From Octopus vulgaris (taxonomy: Eukaryota): a DNA stretch of 64,000 nucleotides. The translations under genes and the position numbers were made by a program. The notes under the pieces are model-generated. The model did not search any database and had not been told where the DNA came from. It saw nothing but the letters and a program-made list of their open reading frames with translations. Within the stretch, counting starts at the first letter, position 1. Each line of letters opens with the position of its first letter. The stretch lies in contig OX597816.1 of the NCBI GenBank assembly GCA_951406725.2, positions 111,972,001 through 112,036,000 on the forward strand, in the 5' to 3' direction. Positions 52,875 through 64,000 of the stretch are shown one piece after another.

Positions 52875-53540
52875 TTTTTACTTGTTTCGGTCATTTGATT
52901 GTGGCCATGTTTCAGCAGTGCCCTAAAGGGTTTTAGTTGAAGAAATCAACCCCAGCACTTATTCTTTGTAAACCTAATACTTATTTTATCAGTCTCTTTT
53001 TGTTGATCCACTAAGTTACAAGGAGATAGAGATACCAGTATTGGTTGTCAAGCGATGATGAAGGGACAAACACAGACACAAAGGCACACACACACATATA
53101 TATATGATAGTGGAGGCGTGTGGCTTAGTGGTTAGGGTGTCAGCATCATGATCGTAAGATTGTGGTTTCGATTCCTGGACCAGGCAACGCATTGTGTTCT
53201 TAAGGAAAACACTTCATTTCATGTTGCTCCAGTCCACTCAGCTGGCAAACATGAGTAACACTCTGATGGACTGGCGTCCCGTCCAGCTGGGGAATAAATA
53301 CGCCATAGAAACTTGGAAACCAGGCCCATGAGCCTGGCTAGGCTTTAAAAGGGTGCTTTTATTTATTATTTTATTATATATATGATAGGGTCTTTCAGTT
53401 TCCATCTACCAACTACCAATTTACTCACAAGGTTTTGTTCAGCCCAAGGCCATAGTAAGAGACACCTACCTAAGATGCCATGCAGTGAGATTGAACCCTG
53501 TACCATTTAGTTTTGAAGTTAGCTTTTTACTACACAGCCA
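52875..53540 (-). mobile_element. SINE family A interrupted by a family C SINE (53111-53358, plus strand)
   Basis: Tail part 52875-53100, head part 53385-53540. atatatatgatag is repeated around the insert. Confidence 0.85.
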
Positions 53541-53566
53541 TATATGTGTATGTGCATATCTATCTA

Positions 53567-53597
<31 letters not shown>

Positions 53598-53599
<2 letters not shown>

Positions 53600-53792
53600 C
53601 ATCATCATCATCATCATCGTTTAATGTCCGCTTTCCATGCTAGCATGGGTTGGACGGTTCAACTGGGGTCTGGGAAGCCCGAAGGCTGCACCAGGCCAGT
53701 CAGATCTGGCAGTGTTTCTACAGCTGGATGCCCTTCCTAACGCCAACCATTCCGAGAGTGTAGTGGGTGATTTTATGTGCCACCGGCACTGG
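53598..53792 (-). mobile_element. RTE 3'-end fragment
   Basis: Reverse complement of 5606-5806. Confidence 0.9.
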
Positions 53793-54156
53793 TTACCACA
53801 AAACTACAAATTCCATTAATGTTCATCGAGTTTGCTTTTGATTTTGTCCATATATATATATATATATATATATATAGTAAGAATAACAATAGTCCTTGGA
53901 TGGAATTTATAAACATTTAATGCATTGCTATGGGTATTTCCGCAAATCACATGTCTCTTATGATCGCAGTCCGTGTTTCTGTGATGATTACAATGTAGCC
54001 CATAGTATCCACGGTCATTGAGTACATCATCTTCATGGTTTGCCAGTCAGCATCATTTGACTGTGGCCAGGATAATGGAATGGGAACTTTATTTGTACGT
54101 TCAAAACATTTCTCGTCAACAAATTTAAAAGATGTGTGTGCGCACGCGCGCGTAAG

Positions 54157-54449
54157 AGAGCACATGGCTTAGTGGTTAAGGTGTTGTACTCATGATCGTG
54201 AGATCGTGGTTTCAATTCCTACACTGGGTGGTGTGTTGTGGCTCTTGAGCAAAACACTTCATCTCATGTTTCTCTGCAATCCCCTCAACACCTGACACAG
54301 AGCACACAGTGCACCTGTTCAGACAACGTTGATTTGATGGAGAGAGTGAGCTAATGTGGAGCACAAACATTTGATCACTATAAACAAATCATTTATGCTG
54401 ATCGTTTGGCAATAGCTGAACACTTACGTGTCATCTTTGACAGAGACCC

Positions 54450-54450
<1 letters not shown>
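54157..54450 (+). mobile_element. tRNA-derived SINE (family C-type head, different body)
   Basis: gagcacatggcttagtggttaaggtgttgtactcatgatcgtgagatcgtggtttcaattcc. Confidence 0.75.
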
Positions 54451-54521
<71 letters not shown>

Positions 54522-54656
54522 CGGAGATGTACTTGCATAGCAAGTGACCTGACCTGAGATCGTGTGCTGGAACAAAAACAATTGTAGCATGGAAGGTGTT
54601 TATAAGCCTTTTAAGAAATGCACAAAAACCGTTAGATTCACTTCATTTAAATTTTA

Positions 54657-54707
54657 TTTGTCAAAATATTTTCTTCGCTTTGAGACCACGACCTGTTCAC
54701 TGACAAA
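54657..54707 (-). ncRNA. Minimal type I hammerhead ribozyme motif, G3-C8 core variant, within a Penelope-like repeat (54520-54709)
   Basis: UUUGUCA-GUGAACA-G-GUCGU(GGUCUCAAA)GCGAA-GAAA-AUAU-UU-UGACAAA: perfect 7-bp stem I and palindromic stem III AAUAUU. This copy has C11.1 changed to A. Confidence 0.65.
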
Positions 54708-54889
54708 ACTTCTCGTCAACAAATTTAAAAGATGTGTGTGTATGTGTATGCATGTGTGTGTATGTGTATGTGTGTGCATGTGTATGTGTGTGTGCATGTG
54801 TGTGTGTGCATGTGTGTGTGTGCATGTGTGTGTGTGTGGTGTATGTGTAAGAGGGCACATGGCTTAGTAGTTAAGGTGTTGTACTCATG

Positions 54890-54931
<42 letters not shown>

Positions 54932-56989
54932 ATATATATATGTATATATATATATAATTTTTCAATATTCATTTTAACACAAGCATCTTGTAATGACCAT
55001 TGCAACTAAACAACTGTTACATTATTTTTTACGCAATTAACAGAGCTAACGTTGATTTCAAATTTTGACACAAGGCCAGCAACTTGGGGGTAAGGGCTAA
55101 GTAGATTGCATCGACCCTAGTGTTCAATTGGTACTTATTTTCTTGGTTCCAAAAGGATGAAAGGCAAAGCCAACCTCAGGAGAATTTGAACTTAGGGCAT
55201 AAAGACAGACAAAATCTGCTAAGCATTTGGCTTAGCATACCAATGATTCTGACAGTTCATCACCTTAAATTCAGTTAACATTGAAAAATGAAATAGAAAT
55301 AATTATATCGTAAGATACAATGACCCATGTTATTGCTATTTTTCAGAGAACTCCAGATTTGTTTTGGTATTATTATGATCTCATCAGTGAACTGTAGCCT
55401 TCGCCCTACTCTCCTATAATAAGAATGAAAAAAATCTCTGAATAAATGAAAAATTATACATTGGCTGATATAGGAAAATAGAATTGTTTAAAGAATAGTT
55501 TTACTTGCTCAACTCATTTGTATATCTACATTTATAATTGGAAGCTTATTGAAGCAATATTCATCATCATCTATTTTTCCATGTGATATAAAAATAAATC
55601 TTTATTGTTACCATTTTTTTCCTACTGAAATTACACTGTGTTTCAATTCATTTTGAAAATGATGAAGAATTTAGTGAAGTACCTTTGTCATTATTCAACT
55701 GGTGTTTTGAGCATTAACAAGATATTTTGATTGGAGATTTTATATAGATCAATTTTAAACTTGCACAATTTCAGACAGGTTGATATTGAAAGGATTAATG
55801 GATCTCTTCCATCATACTTTTTATCATACCTTTTACTTTGTATTCCCTTTTCATTCTCCAGTACCATTGAATAAATTTCAAGTTTTTATAGGCATTAAAG
55901 ATTTGAGAAATTTATGTGTGGATAAAAATTTTAAAAAGCCAGAAAATGTAAGGTATTAAACTTTGGTAAGACCTCCAAGAAACAATAACATTTGAGTACA
56001 TAGTGTAGTTTAAGATGACAATAATTTATTGTGTTGATAATACAAATAATGAAAACATTGAAAGCTCTGAGGAAATTTTAACACTGTACGCATACTATTA
56101 GCTATAAAACAAGCAGCAGTAAAACCATTCATGAACTGAAGACTGTTGTCTGCTAAGATGGTTCACTTGAGGTAACAGACGTGAAGTTTTGTCACTTATG
56201 TGTCCTAATTAAATATAAGATACAAAATGACATGAAGTTTTGGATATAGCTGCCATTGTTGACAATAAAAGAGATAACTAATTATCTTGTTGTTCAATGA
56301 TGCATGTATTGGAATATTGCCAAAGGTAAAAGTTTGGATATTGGGTTAAATAGAAACTATGTAGACACCTGTCAAACAACCACCATAAATCCAGATAGGC
56401 TACTGACCTGAATCTAAGCCAACATATAGAAATAAAGGAACACAAAAAAAATAATAAAAGGAACATAACAGGGATTTTATAGTTTATATAATGTACACAT
56501 GTTTCAGCAAGCCAATTGATGTTAGTAAATATATAAGCTGATTGGCCTTATTATGCAATACAATCAACTCAATTATTCAACATTATCTGCAAAAATACAA
56601 CTAAAGGTAATTGCAAGCCCTTATATACACCAGTATGCAAATTAAGTACTATCTGGTTAACATAGCCGTAGAGTTGGGAGGAAGGAATTGAGAGGAAGAG
56701 TGTGTAAGAGAGGGATGTGATGGGTGATGGGGTGGAGATAGAAATGCTAACATGGCTGTGTCTACATCCATACACACTGCAATAACCTCCACACAATCAT
56801 GCTTGCTAACATAGATGCACACACACATGGACGTGCACGTGTGCATGCACATGCATATATATATATGGTAGGGAAGAAAGAAAGAAATGGACTTCAGACA
56901 ATGTAGTATCAATATTAAGAACAATAGTAACAAATAACAATAATATTAATAAAATTATAAAGCTGTATTGACAATAATTTTACTAACAA

Positions 56990-57304
56990 ACCAATAATGA
57001 TAACAGGATCAATAACAGCCACAATAATAACAACAATGATGACAACGATGACAATGATGATGATGATAATGATGATGATGGTAATGATGATAAAAACAAT
57101 AATTCTTTTTAATTTTGGCGATAGGTCAGCAATATTAAGGGGAGGGCAAAGTCAATTACATTAACCTAAGTGCTTAATTGCTGCTTATTTTATCAACCCT
57201 GAAAGGATGAAAGGCAGAGTTGGTTTCAAATGCATTTGAGCTCAGAAGGTAAAGAGCCAGAAACATTTTGTCTGACATGATAACAACTCTGCCAGCTCTC
57301 TGCC

Positions 57305-57368
<64 letters not shown>

Positions 57369-57639
57369 TAATTATAATGATAATGATAATAATAAGGAAG
57401 GCACTCTAGATGCCAAAATATCGTTCAACTAATTTCACATGACAACTGTGGCACTCTTCTATTTATTTCTGTATAACTTCTAGAGGAGTTACCTCAGTCC
57501 TATATAATCTTAACAAAAAAGAAAATAATGAAGTAGACTGACATGTAATTTTGATACCTGTGGAAGGCACGCTAGATGCTGAAATATCATTCAACCAATT
57601 TCACATGATTACTATGGCAATCTTATATTCATTTCTTAA

Positions 57640-57670
<31 letters not shown>

Positions 57671-57700
57671 AATTATTATTATTATTAATAATAATAATGG
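56990..57700. repeat. (TAA)n/(GAT)n microsatellite field with family B SINEs and a ~75-bp direct repeat (57397-57470 / 57562-57637)
   Basis: Direct reading. ggaaggcac(t/g)ctagatgc...aatttcacatga occurs twice. Confidence 0.85.
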
Positions 57701-58456
57701 TTTCAAATCTTGACACAAGGCCAGTAATTTTGAAAAAGGGTGCAAGTCAATTACAACCACAATGCTCAGCTAGTACTTATTTTATCAACTCTGAAAGCTT
57801 GAAACACAAAGACGACCTTAGTGGAATTTGAACACAGAATGTAAAGACAGATGAAATGCCACTAAGCATTTTGCCTGGCATGTTAATAATTCTGTCCACT
57901 TAGTGCCTTAAGAATAATTAATAATTCAAATTATGATAAATGTAAGCAATCCAAGTTTGCTTTTAGAAGCACTGAAAGTTATTGAAAGATACAGATAAGG
58001 AAATAATTTATTCTAAAGCTAGATTTAAAAGTTCAAAAATTGTGGGCAGTTTAGTTTAATGGTAAAGCACTTGACCAGGGATATGAGTTCAAGTCACATG
58101 GCTGGCCACGGACAAATTTTTCCGCAAAATATGAATATTTTATCCTGCTTTTGCTGTTCTGTCAGCATTATTCTGCATTTAAGAATAAATTATTTCCTTA
58201 TCTGTATCTATAATAATAATAATAACAACAATAATGCTTTCTACAATAGGTGCAAGGCTTGAAATTTAGAGGAGAGTACATCAACCCTAGTACTCAACTG
58301 GTTCTTATTTTATCAAACCTCAAAGGATGAAAGGCAAAGTTGACCTCAATGGAATTTGAATTCAGAACGTTAAGATGGACGAAATACTGATAAGCATTTT
58401 TCCCAACATGCCAATGATTCTGCACACTCACTGCCTCAACAACAACAATAATAATA

Positions 58457-58900
58457 TGACAAAGTTGTAGGGCAGATATACTGGGAAGTGTGCAGTGAGT
58501 GTTGGGTAGAATGTTGCAACATGTGGTATGAGCACCAGCCTTTGCCAGTAGCAGAAAATGATCAGGTGAAGCTCACATGGAATATGCCAATCCACACTGA
58601 TAAGAAATTGCAGCAGAACCAACTAGATATCACTCTCCTACTGAAGAAGTCCAAATAATGGGCTTCATCAACATAGCAAAACTTGCAGACCAGAATATTG
58701 TGCAGGCAGAGCAGGAGAAAGTTGAAAAGTACCAAGACCTACCACTGGATGTGAAACACATCCGTAGAACCTTAACAGCGAAAGTGCTACCTATTGTGAT
58801 TGGCACACTATCTAAAAGACTGCAATATCCTGGTATCAAAAGCTGTGAATACCAAACTTTATAGGAAGTATATAGTGGGCAGCATTTCTTGAATCAGAAC
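58457..58900 (+). mobile_element. Dong/R4-like LINE 3' fragment (REL endonuclease)
   Basis: QIYWEVC..WYEHQP..ENDQVKLTWNMPIHTDKK...EKVEKYQDL...VLPIVIGTL. Confidence 0.8.
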
Positions 58901-58991
58901 ATGAGTTGAGAAAAGTTTTGCTTCTCTAAGCTTTGAGAAAGAGCTGAGACATGACATGGATAACTGAGGAGAAAAAAGGAAAATAGAAAGA

Positions 58992-59022
<31 letters not shown>

Positions 59023-59062
59023 TGATGATGATGAATATGATGATGATGATGAATATGATGAT

Positions 59063-59870
59063 GACAAACTGAAAGCAGAGACTGAAAGTTTCATATTGGC
59101 GGCACTAGTTCAATGCTTGCTTACCAAAAACTACCAGGCTAACATTCTTCAAATCAGATCTGACCCTAAATGCAGATTTTGTGACACAGTTGACAACACA
59201 ATAGACCAATTAATCTTGGCATGTCCTGTGCTGACACCAAATGAGTACAAATATCACCACAATAGTGTAGGACAGTATTTACATTGGGAAATATGTAAAC
59301 ACTACAAAAACAGCAGTCATTGAAGGTAAAAACGTCAGTATCCTCTGAGATTTTCCAATCAACACTGACAGAACATTCCAAGATAATCTACCAGACATAA
59401 TCATTAAAGAGAGGGATGAAAATACTTGTAGACTAATAGATGTAAGTGTTCCCACTGATAAAAATATATCTGTAAAAGAATTGGACAAATTAAGTAAATA
59501 TAAGGACCTGAAAATAGAAATACAAAAGATGTGGCATCTTGAAGCAAGAACTGTTCCTCTTATGGTAGGTGACCTAGGTATGATAAAAAAAAAAGGGATG
59601 TCTGATACATCTAGATAATATCCCAGGAGAACCATGTCTCAGAGAAATGCTAACAGTTTGTGCTAACAAGTACTGCCCACATCATGAGAAAAGCCCTATC
59701 CATTTAAATGTCTGTGTTCTATTACATGAAGATATTTCACTACTGCCCCTGTCACTTGCCCACTCCAAGATTTCTGTCATACTGTAACATCTCTTATCCT
59801 TCAATCATCCTAGGACTCTGCGTGTGTCTTGGCAAGGGATTGTAACAAACATGCAGATTAAAAGTAAAAA
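59063..59870 (+). mobile_element. Dong/R4-like LINE 3' fragment (CCHC finger and PD-(D/E)xK REL domain) flanked by (TAA)n
   Basis: LKAETESFILAA, KCRFCDTVDNTIDQLILACPVL, YLHWEICK, PDIIIK...LIDVSVP...KLSKYKDLKIEI. Confidence 0.9.
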
Positions 59871-59891
59871 GTAATAATAGAAATAATAATG

Positions 59892-59964
<73 letters not shown>

Positions 59965-59966
<2 letters not shown>

Positions 59967-60414
59967 TCAATACACACAGACAGAGAAATTAAGGCCAACA
60001 GACCAGATATAGTTGTCAGAGATCATGAAGAAAAAATGCTTTCTAATTGATGTATCAATACCAGCAGATGACAACGTGTCTCTAAAAGAAATGGAGAAAC
60101 TTTCAAAATACAAAGACCTGGAAATAGAGGTAACTAGAATGTGGAATCTAAAAAAAAAGAAACAATTCCTATCATAGTAGGTGTATTAGGCATGATAAAA
60201 AATATTCAGACAAATGCATAACAAAAACACCAGGGCTTACAAACACATATAACATACAGAAAATTGCACTACTAGGCACTGCACACATCCTACGCAGAAC
60301 ACTTTCAATACAGTAACCATCAGAGCATCACAACAAATCACAGCACATACCTAAGGCACACAGAGCTGCGCTCGGTAGTGAAGTGAAAGCACGCTATAAA
60401 AATAAAACTACTGA
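59965..60414 (+). mobile_element. Dong/R4-like LINE 3' fragment between (TAA)n tracts
   Basis: HTDREIKANRPDIVVRD...LIDVSIPADDNVSLKEMEKLSKYKDLEIEV...QKIALLGTAHILRRTL. Confidence 0.92.
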
Positions 60415-61294
60415 ATAATAATAATGATAATAATAATAATAGAAATTGACATGACAGTAGAGCATACCAAAAAATACTGCGCTGTTGTCATTGGTGCTTG
60501 GATGTTAAGTAGATTCCACAATAAGTTCCCATCCAGATGCCAGTGCTTATTATCTGTGGAAAGAGACCCTGTGAGACTTCTGACAACAGGTTTCTGTCCA
60601 CTCCCGTAGAATCAACCAGAGCAAGTAAGACTGAGAGTTCTGAGAAGTAATATAACAACAACAATAATAATGATTTCAAATTTTAGCCCAAGACCATCAA
60701 TCTTGGTGGAGCAGGTATGTTGATTACATCAACCCCAGTGCTTGACTGATGCTTATTTTATCGACCCCAAAAAAGATAAAAGGCAAAGTCAACCTTAGCA
60801 GAATTTAAACTCAGATTGTAGTGAGGGACAACTTGCTGTTAAGCGGTTTGCTTGGCATGCTAATGATTCAGCCATCTTGCAGCCTTACCAAAATAGTAAT
60901 ACTAATAACTACAGCACCTGAAAATTGCAAGGATTTGGAACATGAAGTATGTAAAGACTATGCCAGTGATAACTGGTGCATTAGGGACTGTGAGAAAGGA
61001 TAAGACAAATGGTAAAAAGGGCTTGTAATGGAATATCTTATAGAGCTTCTACTGAAGGCTTACCTCTTATGAACAGGGAAGATCATCAGAAGAATTTTGA
61101 ACAATTGATAGCTCTTACTGAAATCATGTGGATGATAACTAAGGTTACATACAGGTAATAATCTACAAACCATATAGATCCTATGAGAAATAGGATCAAT
61201 CCCAAATGAAATATAGCAGTGATTGGTCAATTCAAAACAGCTTCAAAACAAAGGAAAAACAAACCATCCATCAGGCATACACACACATATACAC

Positions 61295-61540
61295 CACCAC
61301 CACCACCATCATCATCATTTAATATCCATTGTCCATACTGGCAGGGGTTGGATGGTTTTGACCAGAGCTGGCTAGTTAGGGAGCTGCACCAGACTCTACC
61401 CTAATTTGATATGGTTACTATGGCTGAGTGCCCTTTCTAATGCCAACCACTTCACAGATTGAGCTGGGTGCTTTTTACATGGCCCTGAATGGGCACTTTC
61501 ATGTGGCATCGCACAGGCACTTTTATGTGACACCACATGG
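61295..61540 (-). mobile_element. Diverged RTE 3'-end fragment
   Basis: (CAT)n followed by the reverse complement of the RTE tail. Confidence 0.75.
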
Positions 61541-61974
61541 TCACTTTGACATACATATACAAATCCATTTACATGTGCTCATATAGAGACAGAGGTCCAA
61601 ATACAAATACACTCTCACACATGTCTGCTCACATCCATGGAGGTATGTTGGATTGTTGATATGGCTGTTTTTGTGTATGTGGAATACTATTATAACACAT
61701 CCTTTTGATATACATGCCCACACACAAAATTGTACATGTATAGGCCGTCATATCATTTAGTCAAGCAACAGCTCCAGATAACATCAAATACACATCTAAA
61801 ATTCTGTCATATTGCTATGTAGGTGAAGTCAACATGTAGAACAGTAAGTCTTCCAAGTTAATCATTTCCAAAAACTTATTTCTGAATTATTATCTATTTT
61901 ATTACATCCAATTGTTGGTTTTTTGGCCTGTACATTAAGTAACATATTACTTTAAATCATATGTCCCTCTTCAA

Positions 61975-62336
61975 CAATATTTCTCAACCTTTTTACCCTT
62001 GCATAACCCTTAACATAAATTACATGTCTCAAGTAACCCCTGCACAAAAAAGAGAATTATGTATCATATCTTTCTCATATTTTTTCATTGTATTCGGTTG
62101 TCAACTAAGCACTTCCCAGCCATGTGTTTGAATGGCTTCCTTGGTTATATTGGCGATATGAGGGTGGGCATTGTCGTGTAGCAGAACTCCATGTTGTTGA
62201 TTAGCTCTTTTCTCTTGAATAGCCATGTTGAGTCATTCCATCTGTTGAACACAGAGTTCCACATTGTGGATATTCCACATATTGTGGATAATGTCATTCA
62301 ATGATGATTAAGTTGCTATCTCTTAAACCTATCTAT

Positions 62337-62384
<48 letters not shown>

Positions 62385-62588
62385 GGTTGCTATATTTTTT
62401 GATAACATAATAGGTTTAGATAGGTTGATGTTTATATTACAAAATTACAATAACCAATATGTTGTGCATGTATAGTAATATTACGATCATGAAACTAGCA
62501 TTAGCTTACCTCACTCTTTCTCACAGAACCCCTAGGAACCTTTTGCCAGAACCCTAGGGTTCCAGGGAACCCCGGTTGAGAAACGTTG
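61975..62588. mobile_element. hAT (Charlie-like) MITE containing a mariner fragment (about 62110-62268) and (TA)n
   Basis: TIRs caatatttctcaacc / ggttgagaaacgttg. The right flank ctctagag fits an NTCTAGAN target. The inner fragment matches 18640-18800. Confidence 0.7.
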
Positions 62589-62675
62589 CTCTAGAGATAT
62601 ATCGTTTGATAGTTTATAAGTAATAAGCATTTATAATATAATCCCATTTTTATTGTTGTTGACGTCATTGCTTGT

Positions 62676-62930
62676 GGAGGTGTGTGACTTGGTGACTAGG
62701 GTGTTGGACTCATGATCATAAGATTGTGGTTTCAATTCCTGGATCAGGCAATGTGTTGTGTTCTTGAGTAAAACACTTCATTTCATGTTGCTCCAGTCCA
62801 CTCAGCTGGCAAAAAAGAGTAATCCTGCAACAGACTGACGTCCCATCCAGGCGAGGAATATATACACCATAGAACCAGGAAACCAGCCCTCATGAATCAG
62901 TACGACTCGAGAAGGTAACTTTACTTTTAC
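62676..62930 (+). mobile_element. SINE family C
   Basis: Colinear with 53111-53358. Confidence 0.85.
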
Positions 62931-63919
62931 TATGTTATTACTTAACTTTGACTCAACTCTGATTGAGCAGACCAACAATCAAATGTCTTCTAAACATGAC
63001 CATCCCATCTTAAATCCAGGGTTAGTGCATTCAAACATAATGCATCCAAGACCACATTAGTCTATGAGTACTTAGCTTTTTAAAATTGTAGGCAGGATAT
63101 GAGGGAAGTTTGACTGGTATTTCAAGTTTGGAAATTGGTATGTTTTTGAACTGAAAATATCCAAACTGTGAAAGTTGCTTAAATGCTGAATGTGCCAGAA
63201 TGCATTTATGTCATGCCAATCACTTGCTATGCTAATTATGCCTTATCAGATTATAGTATCTCTAGTGATTAGCATAGTGGCATAAGTATCAACTTCTGAT
63301 ATGGTTATCACAAAGCTACTTGTTTACATTGAAAATTGAGAACTTGAGAGTCTGTCATTAATGATTTGGTGCTTAGAAGGCAAGTACTTAGCAAAGCTAA
63401 ATGTTGTATAACAAACCAATGTAAATCTTCTGTGAGAGTTATGGCAAAAGTGACTAAAGAAGCTATAATGGAATCAAGCCAATGATATCACTAAAAATAG
63501 AGTGTAAATTTCCCTCAAAATCATGTGCATCTGCATTAACATGTTGCAAAAACATGTAAATGTGACTGCATGGAGGCTGTAATGCATGGTAAGTCCACTG
63601 GAGCCTTAATAAGAAAAAATATAAAAAAAAAGCAAAGAAAAATAACATATATGAAATTGATCATTTTTAATTTCTATCTCAACTTTTAAACGACTTTAGA
63701 TGGACTAACTTTAAAACCTTGTGTTAAGTTGTGCTGATGAATCTTAACAAAGGCAAAATGAAGCCATACATGGTTACTGTATTAATAATAAAAAAAATTG
63801 TGTGAAGAAACATGTATGTTCTTTCCTCTTTCCATTTTCACTATCTGACAAGAAAACAAGAAAGAAAAAAATTTAGAAGTAATTCTCTCCCCTTAAGCAC
63901 ATACACTCTTCCTTCTACA

Positions 63920-63992
63920 CTCACTTCCTCTCTCTCTTTCTCTCTCTCTCTCTTGCTCTCTCTCTCTCTCTCGCTCTCTCTCTTGCTCTCTC
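63920..63992. repeat. (CT)n microsatellite
   Basis: Direct reading. Confidence 0.95.
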
Positions 63993-64000
63993 TGTCACTG

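Overview
AT-rich eukaryotic (animal) DNA dominated by transposons and microsatellites. The repeat mix (tRNA-derived SINEs with internal (TA)n/(TG)n, RTE LINEs with (GAT)n tails, mariners) points to an octopus-like cephalopod genome (inference). I find no intact host protein-coding gene. Nearly all supplied ORFs are microsatellite artefacts or decayed transposon ORFs. Several minus-strand segments with canonical splice sites suggest a multi-exon, probably non-coding transcript. Main points of interest: (1) a 2.05-kb ORF1-only L1/Tx1-type element with a 16-bp target-site duplication (TSD) inside the tRNA-like head of a SINE; (2) a ~960-bp near-perfect palindrome and other inverted Penelope-like termini carrying hammerhead-ribozyme-like motifs with variant cores, including a G3-C8 swap; (3) SINE 3' tails that match three different LINE clades found in the same window; (4) microsatellite-associated non-LTR elements (Dong/R4-like at (TAA)n, Tx1-like at (GATA)n). 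Repeat boundaries were read by eye and are approximate unless a TSD or TIR is quoted. Family names come from remembered motifs, not database searches.
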